Source: Candidatus Multivoradales bacterium (GTDB lineage Bacteria; Acidobacteriota; Thermoanaerobaculia; Multivoradales; J023). Taken from it: a DNA stretch of 64,000 nt. The stretch covers positions 3,936,001 through 4,000,000 of the forward strand of contig CBDFLE010000006.1 in NCBI GenBank assembly GCA_965248925.1, in the 5' to 3' direction. The notes beneath the pieces are model-generated. The model ran no database searches. It had not been told where the DNA came from and saw only the letters and a list, made by a program, of their open reading frames with translations. Each line of letters opens with the position of its first letter. Position 1 is the first letter of the stretch. The translations under genes were made by a program, and so were the position numbers. Of the stretch, positions 9,940 through 20,646 are shown piece by piece.

Positions 9940-10545
9940 ATGAAAACCTGAGGTCTTCCAGCTCCCGCAGTGCTCCTGGCAATGCTCATTGTTGCGATAA
10001 CACAGGCCTGCTTGTCCCCGCCCTTTGTCGGTAATTTCAGGCCGTGGCCAAGATCCACTGCATTCGTCAAGGGCCTACGTTGTCAGATGACAGAAGCAGA
10101 CCTGAGACAGTACGCAGAGCAGTTTCCCAAGATACTCCTCCACATGCCTGACAGCTTGAGGCATGTGCTTATTGCTCAGAAAGGCGATACGCTCATTCGA
10201 CTAGGGTTGCAAGACGATCTTCTGGAGACATATCACGTATCGTGAACTAGTGGATTTACTAGAAGCTCTTCACTCCTGAAGTATGATCTGTGCAAGAAAC
10301 GCTATTTAGTACACATGAGGCTCGTGAGTTCTAGGGAATACGGCGGCGCCGCCGTGTTGCTGGACGGTGTACTCGTGAGTAAGCTCGACGGATCGGGTGA
10401 TTTCGTGCGCGACATTCCCTTGGGAGTCCACGATTTCCGGATCGAGAAACCCGACCTAGGCACCTGGGTATTGGAGCTGCGCTATGACGAGTCTAGTCCA
10501 GGCCGTGATCGGATCCCGATTGAGGTGATGACCAAGCTGGACTAA
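9940..10545 (+). pseudogene. Orphan immunity lipoprotein paralogue with PEGA-like domain, two nonsense codons
   Basis: In-frame TGA at 9949-9951 and 10243-10245; joined frame resembles 9329-9925. Confidence 0.75.
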
Positions 10546-10604
10546 CGGCAACGAGCTTCCAACTTCGGCAATTCTCGGACCAAGAATGTTCGCGACAGCG
10601 TGGT

Positions 10605-10990
10605 CTAGGCCGCCAGCCGCGCGGCCCTGGACCGTAGCACGTCGCCGGCCTGGTGGTAGCGCATAGCCAACGCGCGGGTGCGGTGCCCGGACAGCTGCAT
10701 GACCTCTTGCAGGCTGACCCAAGCCCGCCCAGCCGAGGTGACAAATCCCGACCTCAACGAATGCCCGCTGTAGTCGGCCGGATCGAGTCCGGTGCGCAGC
10801 GCCCGGTACTTGACGATCTCGGCCAGAGTGCGCGCGGACATGGCGCGGCCGGCGTGTTGGCCATGGCGATCACTCTGCGAAAGATCGCCACGGCCGAGGT
10901 TCCGGCGATCTGGAGCCAAGAATGGAGAGCGTCATGATGTCACTGAGAAAGCCAAATATCGGCATCCACCGGCCCGTGGGCCAGCTTCGC
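10605..10990 (-). pseudogene. Tyrosine recombinase C-terminal remnant (frameshifted)
   Basis: YSGHSLRSGFVT, SGHR and Tyr motifs; upstream frame WLQIAG...IFRRV; no N-terminal half seen. Confidence 0.85.
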
Positions 10991-11472
10991 TTGTGGCATC
11001 GATCGAACTTTCCCTCTTGAGTGGTAACGAGAATATTCTCTAGCTGCTGGGCAGCTTACCTTGAACTGATCGGCCCCTCTTATAGCTGGGCCGATTCCAT
11101 GCATTCACGACTTCCAACCACCGCGAGCACTTGGCATGCAGCCATGTCTCAGCGGCAACCGTCGATGGGCCTGACGCCGTACAAGCGGCGCTGTGGATAA
11201 CGCTGCTTCGCGCGCCGATCTATTGCCGCCCAAGGCACCCTTGCCACCAAGCCCGCCGCTGGCCACCAAAACCCGCCTCGGTAGACTGCCCGCTTACAGG
11301 CCACTCGGAGCGAGCACTTACGCGCGCGACGCGGAGGCCGGGGGTAATCTGTGATGCCAACCAAGACAGTTGCAAAAACGACACTGAATCCTTGGAGCAA
11401 CGGCAGCGAACCGAGCGGCTTCCGCAGCGTGATCAAGCCAAGCGGCTGGAGCACCGCGATCTTGCCGAACGG

Positions 11473-13050
11473 CTAGTGCCTCAGGGGCGGGCGGATTCCG
11501 TAGGTCCGTTCGCCTTCTACAGCCTTTCTTGCCGCCTTGATTATCTCGGTGGTCAGCTCGCCTTTGCGCACGAGGCTGGTGAAGTGAGTCACTGCGGCGG
11601 CGGCGATTGCATCGTGGCGGAATGGTTGCAGAAACCTCGCCATTTCTTTCGCGCGCTCTGTAGCCGCTCTTGTCTGGCCGCTGGTGAGCAGCAAATCGAC
11701 GAAATCGAGTGTGGCGAGAGCGGCGCTGAATGGGTCTGTGACGATCAGCCCCTCGATCGCCAGCACTAGGAGTGGCTCAGCGTTGTCAGGTTTCCCGCTG
11801 GCCTTCGCGATCGCTCCGGCCGACCATTGGGCCATCGCTCGTGGGTAAATCGCGTCCTGGGGAATCAGCGCCAGCGCTTGCAGAAGGTATCCCTCGGCCC
11901 GGTCGAATCTCTTGGCCTGCTCATCGATGCTAGCTAGCCCCTGATAGGCTGCCGCTCGGTTGCTCCCCTCGCTATCTGGCAGCAAGGCCAGGGCAGTCCG
12001 ATAGGAATCCGTCGCGGCCGCCGGATCGGGCGCGAGCAAGTACGCGCCTTGGTCTACGAAAACCCTCCCCATGCCTATTCTGTCGCGTTGCGATGCGCAA
12101 ATGGCCATAGCCATATCGGAGACTGTCAAGGCTGCCTCGACTTCGTTGTGGCCGAAGAGGACAACGCTGGTCCTTTGCAGCAAGTCGGCTCTCACCCCTG
12201 GCGGTGCCCAGCATCCGATTACTAAGACTGTCTCCAGGCAGAAGGCGGCGCATTCCAATGAGGCCGCGTGGCGGTGTGCAGAGCCAAGGGCGCCGGCTGC
12301 TCGGCAGAATGCCTCGCCCGCGTCTGGTCCCGTGATCTTGGTGGAGATCTCGACGGCGAGGATCTGCGCTAGCGTTATTGCATCTTTGGGCGCGCGCAGT
12401 CGCAGCTTGTCGATCGCCAGGGCGGCACTCTTGACGCCCGCCAGGCTGCGCCAGCGAGGCTCCACCCGCAGCACCTGCCGGCGGTGGTTGAGTGGCGCGT
12501 GGAGCAAGCAGGCGAAGGCTTCCTCGGTAGTGGGCGCGGAATGTTGCTGGGCCTGGGCTGGGTCCAAGCGGTTGCAAGCGACTTGCCGCGCTGCGGATTG
12601 GAGTCTGAGAATGGCGCTCGGTGGAGTCTTGAGAACGATCTTCGTTGCTTCGCTCTTCGTCTCGGCAGTCTCCGCACCACCCTCGGCCGCTGCCTTGGTC
12701 TTGCCGCTCTGTGTCTCGATCTTGGACTTGGTCTTGATCGTGGGCAGCTTCGCCAGAGTGTCTTGCCGCTTGCCGTGGGTGGCCTCGCGGACTCTGCGGA
12801 GCAGCTCAGCAGGGTCGGGCTTGGTGTTTTCGCTGAGCAGCTCGCCAAGATCGAGGCCCATTCCGCGGGCGCAGGAGAGTAGTTGGTAGCCGGTCAGCTT
12901 GAACACTGGCCGGGTGAGTGCCTCTCGAGTCCAGCCCCGAGCGTGGCCGCTGGCCCGGTCGACAGCAGGTTGGCGGCCGCGGTGCAAAGCGAAGTCGCGG
13001 AGCAGAGCCCGACGCAGCTGCTCAATCCGCTGCTTGTTCTCGCTATTTAT
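11473..13050 (-). CDS. Putative HTH (XRE-like) plus TPR-like regulator, copy 1; start codon is ATA
   Basis: Helical Ala-rich repeats; the position equivalent to ATG 28353 of copy 2 reads ATA (13050-13048); next in-frame start TTG 12987. Confidence 0.6.
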   Translation of the reverse strand: MNSENKQRIEQLRRALLRDFALHRGRQPAVDRASGHARGWTREALTRPVFKLTGYQLLSCARGMGLDLGELLSENTKPDPAELLRRVREATHGKRQDTLAKLPTIKTKSKIETQSGKTKAAAEGGAETAETKSEATKIVLKTPPSAILRLQSAARQVACNRLDPAQAQQHSAPTTEEAFACLLHAPLNHRRQVLRVEPRWRSLAGVKSAALAIDKLRLRAPKDAITLAQILAVEISTKITGPDAGEAFCRAAGALGSAHRHAASLECAAFCLETVLVIGCWAPPGVRADLLQRTSVVLFGHNEVEAALTVSDMAMAICASQRDRIGMGRVFVDQGAYLLAPDPAAATDSYRTALALLPDSEGSNRAAAYQGLASIDEQAKRFDRAEGYLLQALALIPQDAIYPRAMAQWSAGAIAKASGKPDNAEPLLVLAIEGLIVTDPFSAALATLDFVDLLLTSGQTRAATERAKEMARFLQPFRHDAIAAAAVTHFTSLVRKGELTTEIIKAARKAVEGERTYGIRPPLRH

Positions 13051-13245
13051 CCCCCAGGCTCCATTGAATTGATCTCAAGCTCTCGCGCTTCGATCATAGC
13101 GCAATTCCTGGGCTTTCCGGCTGACGCCAAGGTATATAGATCCGGCAGTACAGGTCACTTCTCGGCAAATTGGGGTGCCGTCTATAGATCGATCCGATGA
13201 AACTTGCTGCTCTGGTGGATTCCTTCGCTGACTAAGGTGCGGCCC

Positions 13246-13362
13246 ATGAGTGACAAAACACTGATCCGGGACGCCGCTTCGCGGGATCAAATCGAGGCGA
13301 AGGCGCGGGCGCTGATGCTAGGGGTCGCTAGGTGGCTAGCGCGCCGCGGTCGGGGCACATGA
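13246..13362 (+). CDS. Small 38-aa ORF divergent from the regulator
   Basis: MSDKTLIRDAASRDQIEAKARALMLGVARWLARRGRGT; ATGA coupling to next ORF; open in both units. Confidence 0.45.
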   Translation: MSDKTLIRDAASRDQIEAKARALMLGVARWLARRGRGT

Positions 13363-13520
13363 GCGCTCCAGCGGTCGCTCCGATCGTGCTACAGCAGGCC
13401 CGCGCAGCACTGCTTGAAGTCGCGACGCACTTGGTTCAGTTCGGGCTCAAGTCCCTCAGCTTGCTGACTACAGAAAACGCCGCCTCCCTCGCGGACAGTC
13501 GGTCAGCTGGGTGGATATAG
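13359..13520 (+). CDS. Small hypothetical ORF
   Basis: ATGA overlap with the previous ORF; conserved at 28662-28823. Confidence 0.4.
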   Translation: MSAPAVAPIVLQQARAALLEVATHLVQFGLKSLSLLTTENAASLADSRSAGWI

Positions 13521-13684
13521 GACCGACCGATTTAGGATCTGGCGAGGGAATCAGCCCTCGCTTTGACCCGCGCCGGCTGGCGACCTTCTGCTGTTGGCAG
13601 TTCCCCCTGCCGCGGTCGCTGGTCGGCTGTTTTGTCCGCAGTAAGACTCGAACCAGGGGGCCGCCCTCCAAGTGGGTGGCGTTG

Positions 13685-13760
13685 GCCCGGCCGGTGGGGT
13701 TCGGAGCGTGAGTGCTTGGACGCTCGCGCTTTCCCCTCACAGCCACCGGCCGGGCTTCTT
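13685..13760 (+). terminator. Long GC-rich hairpin, likely terminator
   Basis: GCCCGGCCGGTGG...CCACCGGCCGGGC 13-bp stem with inner pairing, followed by TTCTT; copy at 28988-29062. Confidence 0.5.
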
Positions 13761-13778
13761 GTTGGGCGTGGCTGCGAC

Positions 13779-14010
13779 TTATTGTTTGACCGCTTCGCGC
13801 AGAAAGACAGTATTGGCGACCGACACCGTCTTGCCGTCTTGGTCGAGCAGGGTCAAGGTTGGAGTGATCGCTTTCAGCGTGCCGCGCTGGCCTTGAATCT
13901 CGATTGGCTGACCGATGATAAAGAGCCGGCGGGCGTAGGAACCGTTCAGGATGCTGTGGGTGTCTTCGCGGCTGCAGAGGCCGAAAGACAGCCCGAAGGC
14001 CAGCGCCAGC
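13779..14010 (-). pseudogene. Second 3' fragment of the MscS-like gene (junction between units)
   Basis: Colinear with 29083-29313 and 3991-4213. Confidence 0.9.
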
Positions 14011-14370
14011 GCTCGCCAGCGCTTAGAAGGTGAAGTTCTTACTATTCCTCCCCCGGCCGCCTCTGAAATACCCACAAGCTCTAACGCTTCAATTATAGCG
14101 TAAATTCTGCGGCTTCGCCGTTGGCGCCAGGATGTATAGATCCGGCAATTCAAGCCGGTTTTTTGGCGGGATGAGGTCCGGTCCATAGATCGACCTGTTG
14201 AAACTTGCTGGTCTGGCGGGCTCAACCTGTGGCCAGGGTGCGGCCCGTGAGTGACGAAGCACCTGCCCTAGTCGCTGCTTCGCAGAATCAAATCGAGGCA
14301 TCAGGAACCAACGCCCGCTATACAGAGTCTAAGAGGACGTGGGTAGCAGCTAGAAACAAGGAGAATTATT

Positions 14371-17300
14371 GTGATCCGATCCATCAGCCTCTTCCTTCTC
14401 ATCAGTCTCCTTATCCTTCTAAATCTGCCGGCGGCACTGCAAGCCGGCACCGCCTGCAGCGGCGTCCTCACCTACCTCGAACAAGGATTCTTCGCTGACC
14501 AACCCTCGAACTGCTCCACCGGCGCCCGCTGCTACACGCCGGTCATCTCCGGCGCCACCTTCACCCCCGAGGCTGGCTGCGACCCGGCGATCGAATCCTG
14601 CGCCATCACCATCGAAGTGCCGATCGACTTCGCCGGAAACCACCAGAACGACCCCAGCGCGTCGGGCTTCCTCTACAGCTTCGCGACCGTCACGGTGACC
14701 CCCAGCGGCGGCGGTACCCTGGGCACCTGCGGCTTGTCGGGCGCGGTGATCGAGGAAGATCACGGCACCTTGAGCTGGGGCATCACCAGTTCTTGCAGCG
14801 ACCTGATGGCCAGCTACACCATCACCGCCACCGCCTGCCCTTGTGCCTTCGGCCTCTGTCCCCATTGCCCGAAAGAAACCACCCAAGTAGTCGACTTCAG
14901 CCTGTCGCCCCTCTGCCCACCTCCGCCCCCGCCCAGCGGCTGCCCGGAAGATGAAGATTGCCCCTCGTGCGTCGGTGGTGGCAGCGGAATAGGCGGTAGC
15001 GCCGGTGGTGGAGGCGGAGGCGCCTCGCCGCCGCAGAGCGGCCCCGGCGCCCTACTGCGCTACCACGCGGGAGGCGTCGGCCACCCGACCTACCCCGGCT
15101 CGGCCGGCATCACCGCGGAGCTGGGGCGCTATTGGGCCCACGACTACACCGAAAGAATCGCTCGCGACCCCGACGATAGCAACGTCTGGCTGCTCACTCG
15201 CTACGCCACCTTCCGCCGCTTTACCGACCTAAACATGGACGGGGACTACGACCGCACCATTCCCAGCGACGAATACCGCACTCTGACCAAGACCCCGACC
15301 GGCTGGACCCTGCTCGATCTAGACGGCACCCTGATGCAATTCGACGACACCGGCCTATGGTCCTCGACCACCGACCGCAACGGCAACGCCAAGACCGCCA
15401 ACCGCGATGGCACCGGCCGGCTGACCACCGTCAGCTTCCCCGATGGTCGCTCGGAGACCTTCACCTACTCGGTGGGCGGCAGGCTGGACTCGATTACAGA
15501 AGTCGGCATCGACAGCGCCACCGCCAGAACTTGGGGTTACACCTACACCGGTCAAGACCTCACCCGCATCGACCGACCCGACGGCACCGCCTGGGTTTTC
15601 CTCTACGATGATCCAACTTTGCCGGGCTACATGACTCGAATGAGTCTGGCGGGTACAGACGCTAGCGAGCGGATCGCGGGCTCCTGGGCCTATGATCCCT
15701 TCGGCAATGTAGTGCAAATGTGGAAAGGCGCGGCCAACTTCAACGATGCCGGCGCCGTCGATCGCTGGTCGATGAGCTTCGACGATCCCCAGCTGCCGAT
15801 GGTCACCACGGTCACCGACCCCATGGGCGAGATCTCCACCTACACCTTGGGTCGCGACTCCGAGAGCCGCAAGCCTCGTCTGGAGCAGCTCGAAGGCTCT
15901 TGCCCGAGCTGCGGCACCGGCCCCAACAGCCGGCTGTTCTATGAAGATCCGGCCCACCCCCTGCGCCCCACTCGCCAGATCGACGGCGGCGGCACCACGA
16001 CCCTGACCACCTACGACGCCAACGGCCAAGCAATCTCTCGCGTCGAGGCCCTCGGCACGGCGTTGGAGCGCGAGACAACCTGGCAGCGAGATCTCACCTA
16101 CCCGGCGCTGATCACCGAGATCGAGCGCCCCTCGACCACCGGCAACCCTCTAGATTTCCGCCGTACAACCTTCACCCTCAGTGGCCAAGGCAACGCCACC
16201 GACCGCATCGACGAAGGGGTAGAAGACGGCCAAGCCTTCAGCTACACCACCACGACTACTTACACCGCCGAGGGCCAGCCAGAAGATCGCGATCCACCCG
16301 GCTATGGCACCGCCGATGTCACCACCAGCGCCTGGGACGCTGCCCGTGGCGGCCTGGTGCTGGCCAGTCGCACCGATCCGCTGATCGGCAGCACTCTGTT
16401 CGGCTATGACCCTTTCAACCGCCGAACTTCAGTCACCGACCCCAACGGGGTAGCCAGCGAAACGCAGTACGACCCGCTCAATCGTGTTCTGTTCAGCATC
16501 CAGAAAGGCACGGAACTGGCCGAAGACCTGATCACTGAGCAGCGCTACACGGTCTTTGGCGATCTCTTCCAAACCGTCCTTCCGCGCGGCAACGTGCTCG
16601 AATATTCCTACGATTCCGCAGGCCGACTTGCCTCGATCGAACGCAAGCCCGATGACCTGCCCGGCAGCCACATCGAGCGCACCTTCTACACCCTCGATAG
16701 CTTCGGTCACCGGGTTCGCGAAGAGCTACAAAGCTGGGACGGCGCGAGCTGGACGAGTGCGTCGACTACCGATTACCTGTACTCGACCCGCTGTCATCTC
16801 GACCAGATGATCGAAGGCGCGGGCAGCCCCGAGCAGGCGATCACCGAGTACGCCTACAACTGCGATGGTGACATCGAACGCCTCTGGGACGCCAACCATC
16901 CATCGGCGGGTCAATCTGCGCCAGCCAGTACGCTCTACGCCTATGACCCACTCGACCGATTGATCACCGTCAGCCAGCCATTCGGCGGCGCAGCAGGTGG
17001 CCAAGCCGTAACGGCCTACGGCTTTGACGTTCAGGATCATCTGAACACGGTCACTGACCCAGAGGGCACGGTCACCAGCTACGTCCACAGCGATCGAAAT
17101 TTGCTGACCCGCGAGACCTCCGAGGTCTCTGGCGTGACCAACCATCTGTACAACGAGCACGGCGAGCGCACAGAGACGACCGATGCACGCAGCATCTCCA
17201 CCCTGCGCACCCTCGATGAGCTAGATCGGGTCACACTGGTCGACTACCCCGACGACACCCTCGACGTGACCTACACCTACGATGACGCGCTGGTGCCCTT

Positions 17301-19110
17301 CAGTCTCGGCCGACTCACTCAGATCGAACGTGATGGCCAGCCGATCGACTTCCAATACGATCGATTCGGGCGGATGACGCAGGACGGCGAGCTGACCTAC
17401 GCCTTCGACGCCAACGGCAACCAGAGCGAGATCCTGTATCCTGGTGGCGTGAGGGCTATCTACACATTCGATCACGCTGACCGTCACCTGACCCTCGATG
17501 CCGAGGTGCCAGGCCAAGGCATCCAATCGATTGTCACGGGAGCCTTCTACCAACCGATTGGCCCACTGCGCCAGCTGACGCGCGGCAATGGTGTCACCGA
17601 AAGCCGCCAGCACGATAGCCGTTACCGGCCCGCCAGCATCACAGCCGTTGGCCCCGGCGGCACCCTGCTCGACTGGGACTACGCCACCGATGGGGTCGGC
17701 AACATCACCGCCATCGGTGATCTGCTCGACCCGCTGAACAACCGCATTTACGCCCACCAGGATTACCAGTATTTCCTTACCCAGGGCGATGGCCCTTGGG
17801 GCGCTCTGACCTGGGCCTACGACAAAATCGGCAACCGTCTCAGCGAAACGCGGGACGGCGCCACCGACAGCTATCAATACCTCGCCAACGCTGCCGCGAG
17901 CGGCAACACCGCGAAACTCGATCAGATTGCACTCAGTGCAGGCGGCAGTCGTGTCTACACCTTCGACGCAGCCGGCAACCAAATCGGCGTCGACGAGAAC
18001 GGCGACCCCGTGGCTTACACATTCGATGATGCTGGCCGCTTGTCGGCCATTGATCACCCTTCGGCACAGGCCAGCTCGACGATGCTCTACGACGGTCGCA
18101 GCTATCTACGCCAGGCAGTCGGCCGCGAGCCCGACACTTCGGGCAACGCTCTCTTCTGCGATGGCTTTGAAAGCGGCGACATCAGCGCTTGGGGTGATCC
18201 GGGAGCGAGTAGCTGCATGGCCGAGGCAGCTACTTTGGCCACCTACAGTTCCGAAGGTGTCTTGCAGCGGCGGCTCAGCGCAGCAGACGAGAGCGACGTG
18301 CTTTATTTCGATGGGAGGGTCGTGGCGCAGTTCGCTGGCTGGGCGGCAAAACACCTGACCGCTGATCACCTCGGTACGCCAGTACTCGCCTCAGGCGCAG
18401 CCGGAACGGTGAACTGGGTTGGGGGATTCGAGCCCTTTGGCACTGACTATTCAAACGCAGGAGATCAAAGCGTGTTCATTCGGTTCCCTGGCCAGTGGGA
18501 GGATGCGGCTTGGAGAGCTGGCGGCGCCTACTACTACAACGTTCATCGTTGGTACCAACTAGCTTCTGCCAACTACTCACGCGCAGATCCGCTTGGATAT
18601 GAAGGCGGGCCGAATATTCTTGTATATGCAGCAAGTCAACCTCTGAAGTTCTTCGACCCTAAGGGGCTCTCGATTGAACTCTTCTGCCATCCAATCGGCG
18701 CAGGTGGAAATGATCCAATTCGAAAAGCAATTGGTAGACAAGGCTTTGGCCACTGCTTTGTGCGAGTGAAGTGCGACTGTGAAAGCGAAGGGGGGCCATT
18801 TGACCTGAGACTTGAAGTCCGTGGTCGTTCTGGGGGGATGGGCGAGATACCAGAGAGCCCTCCTACTTTTCACCATGGCAGCGCTGCTCAAAGAGTCGCC
18901 TTTCTCCCAGCGGACACCGATAGTTCAGACTGTCAGCGTGAGCAGTGTGTTGTAAAGAAGTATCATGAGATCCGAAAAAATGGGTTCAAGTACCCACTAA
19001 CAGGATTTCTCAATGGACCAAACAGCAACACATTTGCAGCCGATCTTGTAGAGTCGTGCGGAGGCATGAGAATTTTCTGGCCATCTGGCATACCGCCGTT
19101 TACCCCGTAG
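14371..19110 (+). CDS. Rhs/YD-repeat polymorphic toxin 2 with Sec-type signal peptide
   Basis: Near-identical to 4563-9332 up to GASSC, then divergent; QPLKFFDPKGL cleavage motif; tip with HCF...GPNSNTF. Confidence 0.95.
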   Translation: MIRSISLFLLISLLILLNLPAALQAGTACSGVLTYLEQGFFADQPSNCSTGARCYTPVISGATFTPEAGCDPAIESCAITIEVPIDFAGNHQNDPSASGFLYSFATVTVTPSGGGTLGTCGLSGAVIEEDHGTLSWGITSSCSDLMASYTITATACPCAFGLCPHCPKETTQVVDFSLSPLCPPPPPPSGCPEDEDCPSCVGGGSGIGGSAGGGGGGASPPQSGPGALLRYHAGGVGHPTYPGSAGITAELGRYWAHDYTERIARDPDDSNVWLLTRYATFRRFTDLNMDGDYDRTIPSDEYRTLTKTPTGWTLLDLDGTLMQFDDTGLWSSTTDRNGNAKTANRDGTGRLTTVSFPDGRSETFTYSVGGRLDSITEVGIDSATARTWGYTYTGQDLTRIDRPDGTAWVFLYDDPTLPGYMTRMSLAGTDASERIAGSWAYDPFGNVVQMWKGAANFNDAGAVDRWSMSFDDPQLPMVTTVTDPMGEISTYTLGRDSESRKPRLEQLEGSCPSCGTGPNSRLFYEDPAHPLRPTRQIDGGGTTTLTTYDANGQAISRVEALGTALERETTWQRDLTYPALITEIERPSTTGNPLDFRRTTFTLSGQGNATDRIDEGVEDGQAFSYTTTTTYTAEGQPEDRDPPGYGTADVTTSAWDAARGGLVLASRTDPLIGSTLFGYDPFNRRTSVTDPNGVASETQYDPLNRVLFSIQKGTELAEDLITEQRYTVFGDLFQTVLPRGNVLEYSYDSAGRLASIERKPDDLPGSHIERTFYTLDSFGHRVREELQSWDGASWTSASTTDYLYSTRCHLDQMIEGAGSPEQAITEYAYNCDGDIERLWDANHPSAGQSAPASTLYAYDPLDRLITVSQPFGGAAGGQAVTAYGFDVQDHLNTVTDPEGTVTSYVHSDRNLLTRETSEVSGVTNHLYNEHGERTETTDARSISTLRTLDELDRVTLVDYPDDTLDVTYTYDDALVPFSLGRLTQIERDGQPIDFQYDRFGRMTQDGELTYAFDANGNQSEILYPGGVRAIYTFDHADRHLTLDAEVPGQGIQSIVTGAFYQPIGPLRQLTRGNGVTESRQHDSRYRPASITAVGPGGTLLDWDYATDGVGNITAIGDLLDPLNNRIYAHQDYQYFLTQGDGPWGALTWAYDKIGNRLSETRDGATDSYQYLANAAASGNTAKLDQIALSAGGSRVYTFDAAGNQIGVDENGDPVAYTFDDAGRLSAIDHPSAQASSTMLYDGRSYLRQAVGREPDTSGNALFCDGFESGDISAWGDPGASSCMAEAATLATYSSEGVLQRRLSAADESDVLYFDGRVVAQFAGWAAKHLTADHLGTPVLASGAAGTVNWVGGFEPFGTDYSNAGDQSVFIRFPGQWEDAAWRAGGAYYYNVHRWYQLASANYSRADPLGYEGGPNILVYAASQPLKFFDPKGLSIELFCHPIGAGGNDPIRKAIGRQGFGHCFVRVKCDCESEGGPFDLRLEVRGRSGGMGEIPESPPTFHHGSAAQRVAFLPADTDSSDCQREQCVVKKYHEIRKNGFKYPLTGFLNGPNSNTFAADLVESCGGMRIFWPSGIPPFTP

Positions 19111-19118
19111 AACTGAAA

Positions 19119-19541
19119 ATGCTAAGGTTCGCACTAATCGTAAGTGGCTCGGCGTTACTCCATGTTGGGGTGCTGGTCGGCCTTACGCTTCTATTGCCAC
19201 CACTAGTAGGCGCCAAGTTTTCCTGGAGCATCGTCCTTTTCTTGGTTGCCGTAACACAATTGGCATCTGTGTTCGCGTTCCGCCTTCGAGCAGCGACTGC
19301 GGTATTTTTCGGCGGTGTCCTGGCATCTTTGTTTATACTGTTGTGGTTGCCTCTCTTAGAGTTTCTGGTCAGCGGAACATCAGATCCCTATGCTGATTAC
19401 TTAATCCATAGTGTCGTCGAGATCTTCACTTCCTTCGAGACAGTGTGGTTTGCCTTGAATCCCTCCGTAGATTTTTGTCTCTCCGCAATTTCTGGCTTTC
19501 TTCTGGGCCAGCTCTTGAAGCGACTGCGACACGCACCGTAG
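19119..19541 (+). CDS. Putative cognate immunity protein, multi-TM membrane protein
   Basis: Starts 9 nt after the rhs2 stop; about four hydrophobic segments; lower GC. Confidence 0.6.
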   Translation: MLRFALIVSGSALLHVGVLVGLTLLLPPLVGAKFSWSIVLFLVAVTQLASVFAFRLRAATAVFFGGVLASLFILLWLPLLEFLVSGTSDPYADYLIHSVVEIFTSFETVWFALNPSVDFCLSAISGFLLGQLLKRLRHAP

Positions 19542-19699
19542 TTTTCTGCCATTGATCGAGAGTCCAGATGTCGCCTGCTGTCTGTACTCCCCCGACAACA
19601 ATAAACCTCGCCCCAGCAGACGGGGTGGGCCTCAGCTCAGCTAAGGAAACGGTTGGCATGAATGCTGTGGAATCTAGAACTCGATATTTCTGTGTTGGT

Positions 19700-20092
19700 A
19701 TGCGCAGACTGGCCAAGAGCACAGTCGCGCTCGTCTTAGCTTTCGTCCTGCTCGTATTTCTGATCTGGGCGAGTACGGCAGTGTATTTTTCTCCACTGAC
19801 TTGGCCCAGAAGAGACTTCAGCATTTCCGAATGGAGTGAAGTCTACAGCACCGGCAACAGATATCAGCTTTGCAGTAGCCTCCTGTCGTCAGGGACCTTT
19901 CTGGAAGCGAGCCGCCTTCGCGTTGAAGCCGCCTTGGGCCAGCCAGATTTCGAGGTCGGTTCTAACTTCTTTGTCTATGAGGTGAAAGAGACGTCTCTGT
20001 TAGGATTCGTTGTTTCCCACCGGTTGATTATCGAATTCGATTCTAGGAATACTGTCTCCAGAGTGTTTCTTGATAGTGATTTAAGGTGGTAA
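19700..20092 (+). CDS. Putative orphan immunity protein, N-terminally anchored
   Basis: TM anchor, then F...W...R...L...V...LGQPD pattern (SmpA/OmlA-like); start inferred (ORF track 19568). Confidence 0.55.
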   Translation: MRRLAKSTVALVLAFVLLVFLIWASTAVYFSPLTWPRRDFSISEWSEVYSTGNRYQLCSSLLSSGTFLEASRLRVEAALGQPDFEVGSNFFVYEVKETSLLGFVVSHRLIIEFDSRNTVSRVFLDSDLRW

Positions 20093-20097
20093 AGATC

Positions 20098-20211
20098 ATT
20101 TCCAATTTTTCTAGCTCTACTCTAACCGATCGCTGCGGCTTAGAGCCTCCACCTATGGCGCGACCTCGCAAGGCCCCCGGCTGGGGCGATGCCCCTCCCT
20201 CGAACCCATGA
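20098..20211 (+). pseudogene. Remnant of an orphan Rhs toxin C-terminus
   Basis: ISNFSSSTLTDRCGLEPPPMARPRKAPGWGDAPPSNP* aligns with NSNTFVGVIARRCGLKRP of Rhs1; stop overlaps next ATG. Confidence 0.6.
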
Positions 20212-20555
20212 GGACGATAGGACTAGTCTTGGTTGCGATTTGGATCACCGGATGCGCGGCATACCGAAACCAGGAGACATTCCGGGCAGCTTTGGTATGT
20301 GGCCTCAGCGTTGAAGAGGTTAGCGCTCTTGCTGAGAATTCGCACGCAAGGCACATCGCGTGCTCTCGGCCTGGCGGAAGAGCCTTGACGTGTGGTGTCG
20401 GATGGGGTCGGAGGGGGTATAGCTGCGAGTTTGATTCGAATGGCGACTTGGTTTCCTATAGGCACTTCCTACTTAAACCGCTAACCGTGTTGGAATTTTC
20501 AGAGGTCGAGGTGTTGTGTACCTTTCCTTCATCTGGCGACTCACCGCAGGAATAG
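20208..20555 (+). CDS. Orphan immunity lipoprotein (Cys-rich)
   Basis: Lipobox ITGC; paralogue of 21268-21618. Confidence 0.7.
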   Translation: MRTIGLVLVAIWITGCAAYRNQETFRAALVCGLSVEEVSALAENSHARHIACSRPGGRALTCGVGWGRRGYSCEFDSNGDLVSYRHFLLKPLTVLEFSEVEVLCTFPSSGDSPQE

Positions 20556-20646
20556 AATGTAAACTGAAACTGCCAAAGGGTTGCTGGGGGATGGCGTACG
20601 CCGGGGTGGAATAGGCCTCCGGCGTCCCCTGAACCGGGGACAGGGA

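Noticed and set aside
10605-10990. Integron integrase with cassette array
   Set aside because: Only a frameshifted C-terminal remnant; no attC-like repeats between the immunity genes
11069-11095. ATCGGCCC-N11-GGGCCGAT inverted repeat as a recombination site
   Set aside because: Not at an element boundary; no supporting evidence
4563-19110. Diversity-generating retroelement or T6SS locus
   Set aside because: No reverse transcriptase, differences not adenine-specific, no PAAR/VgrG/Hcp genes in the window
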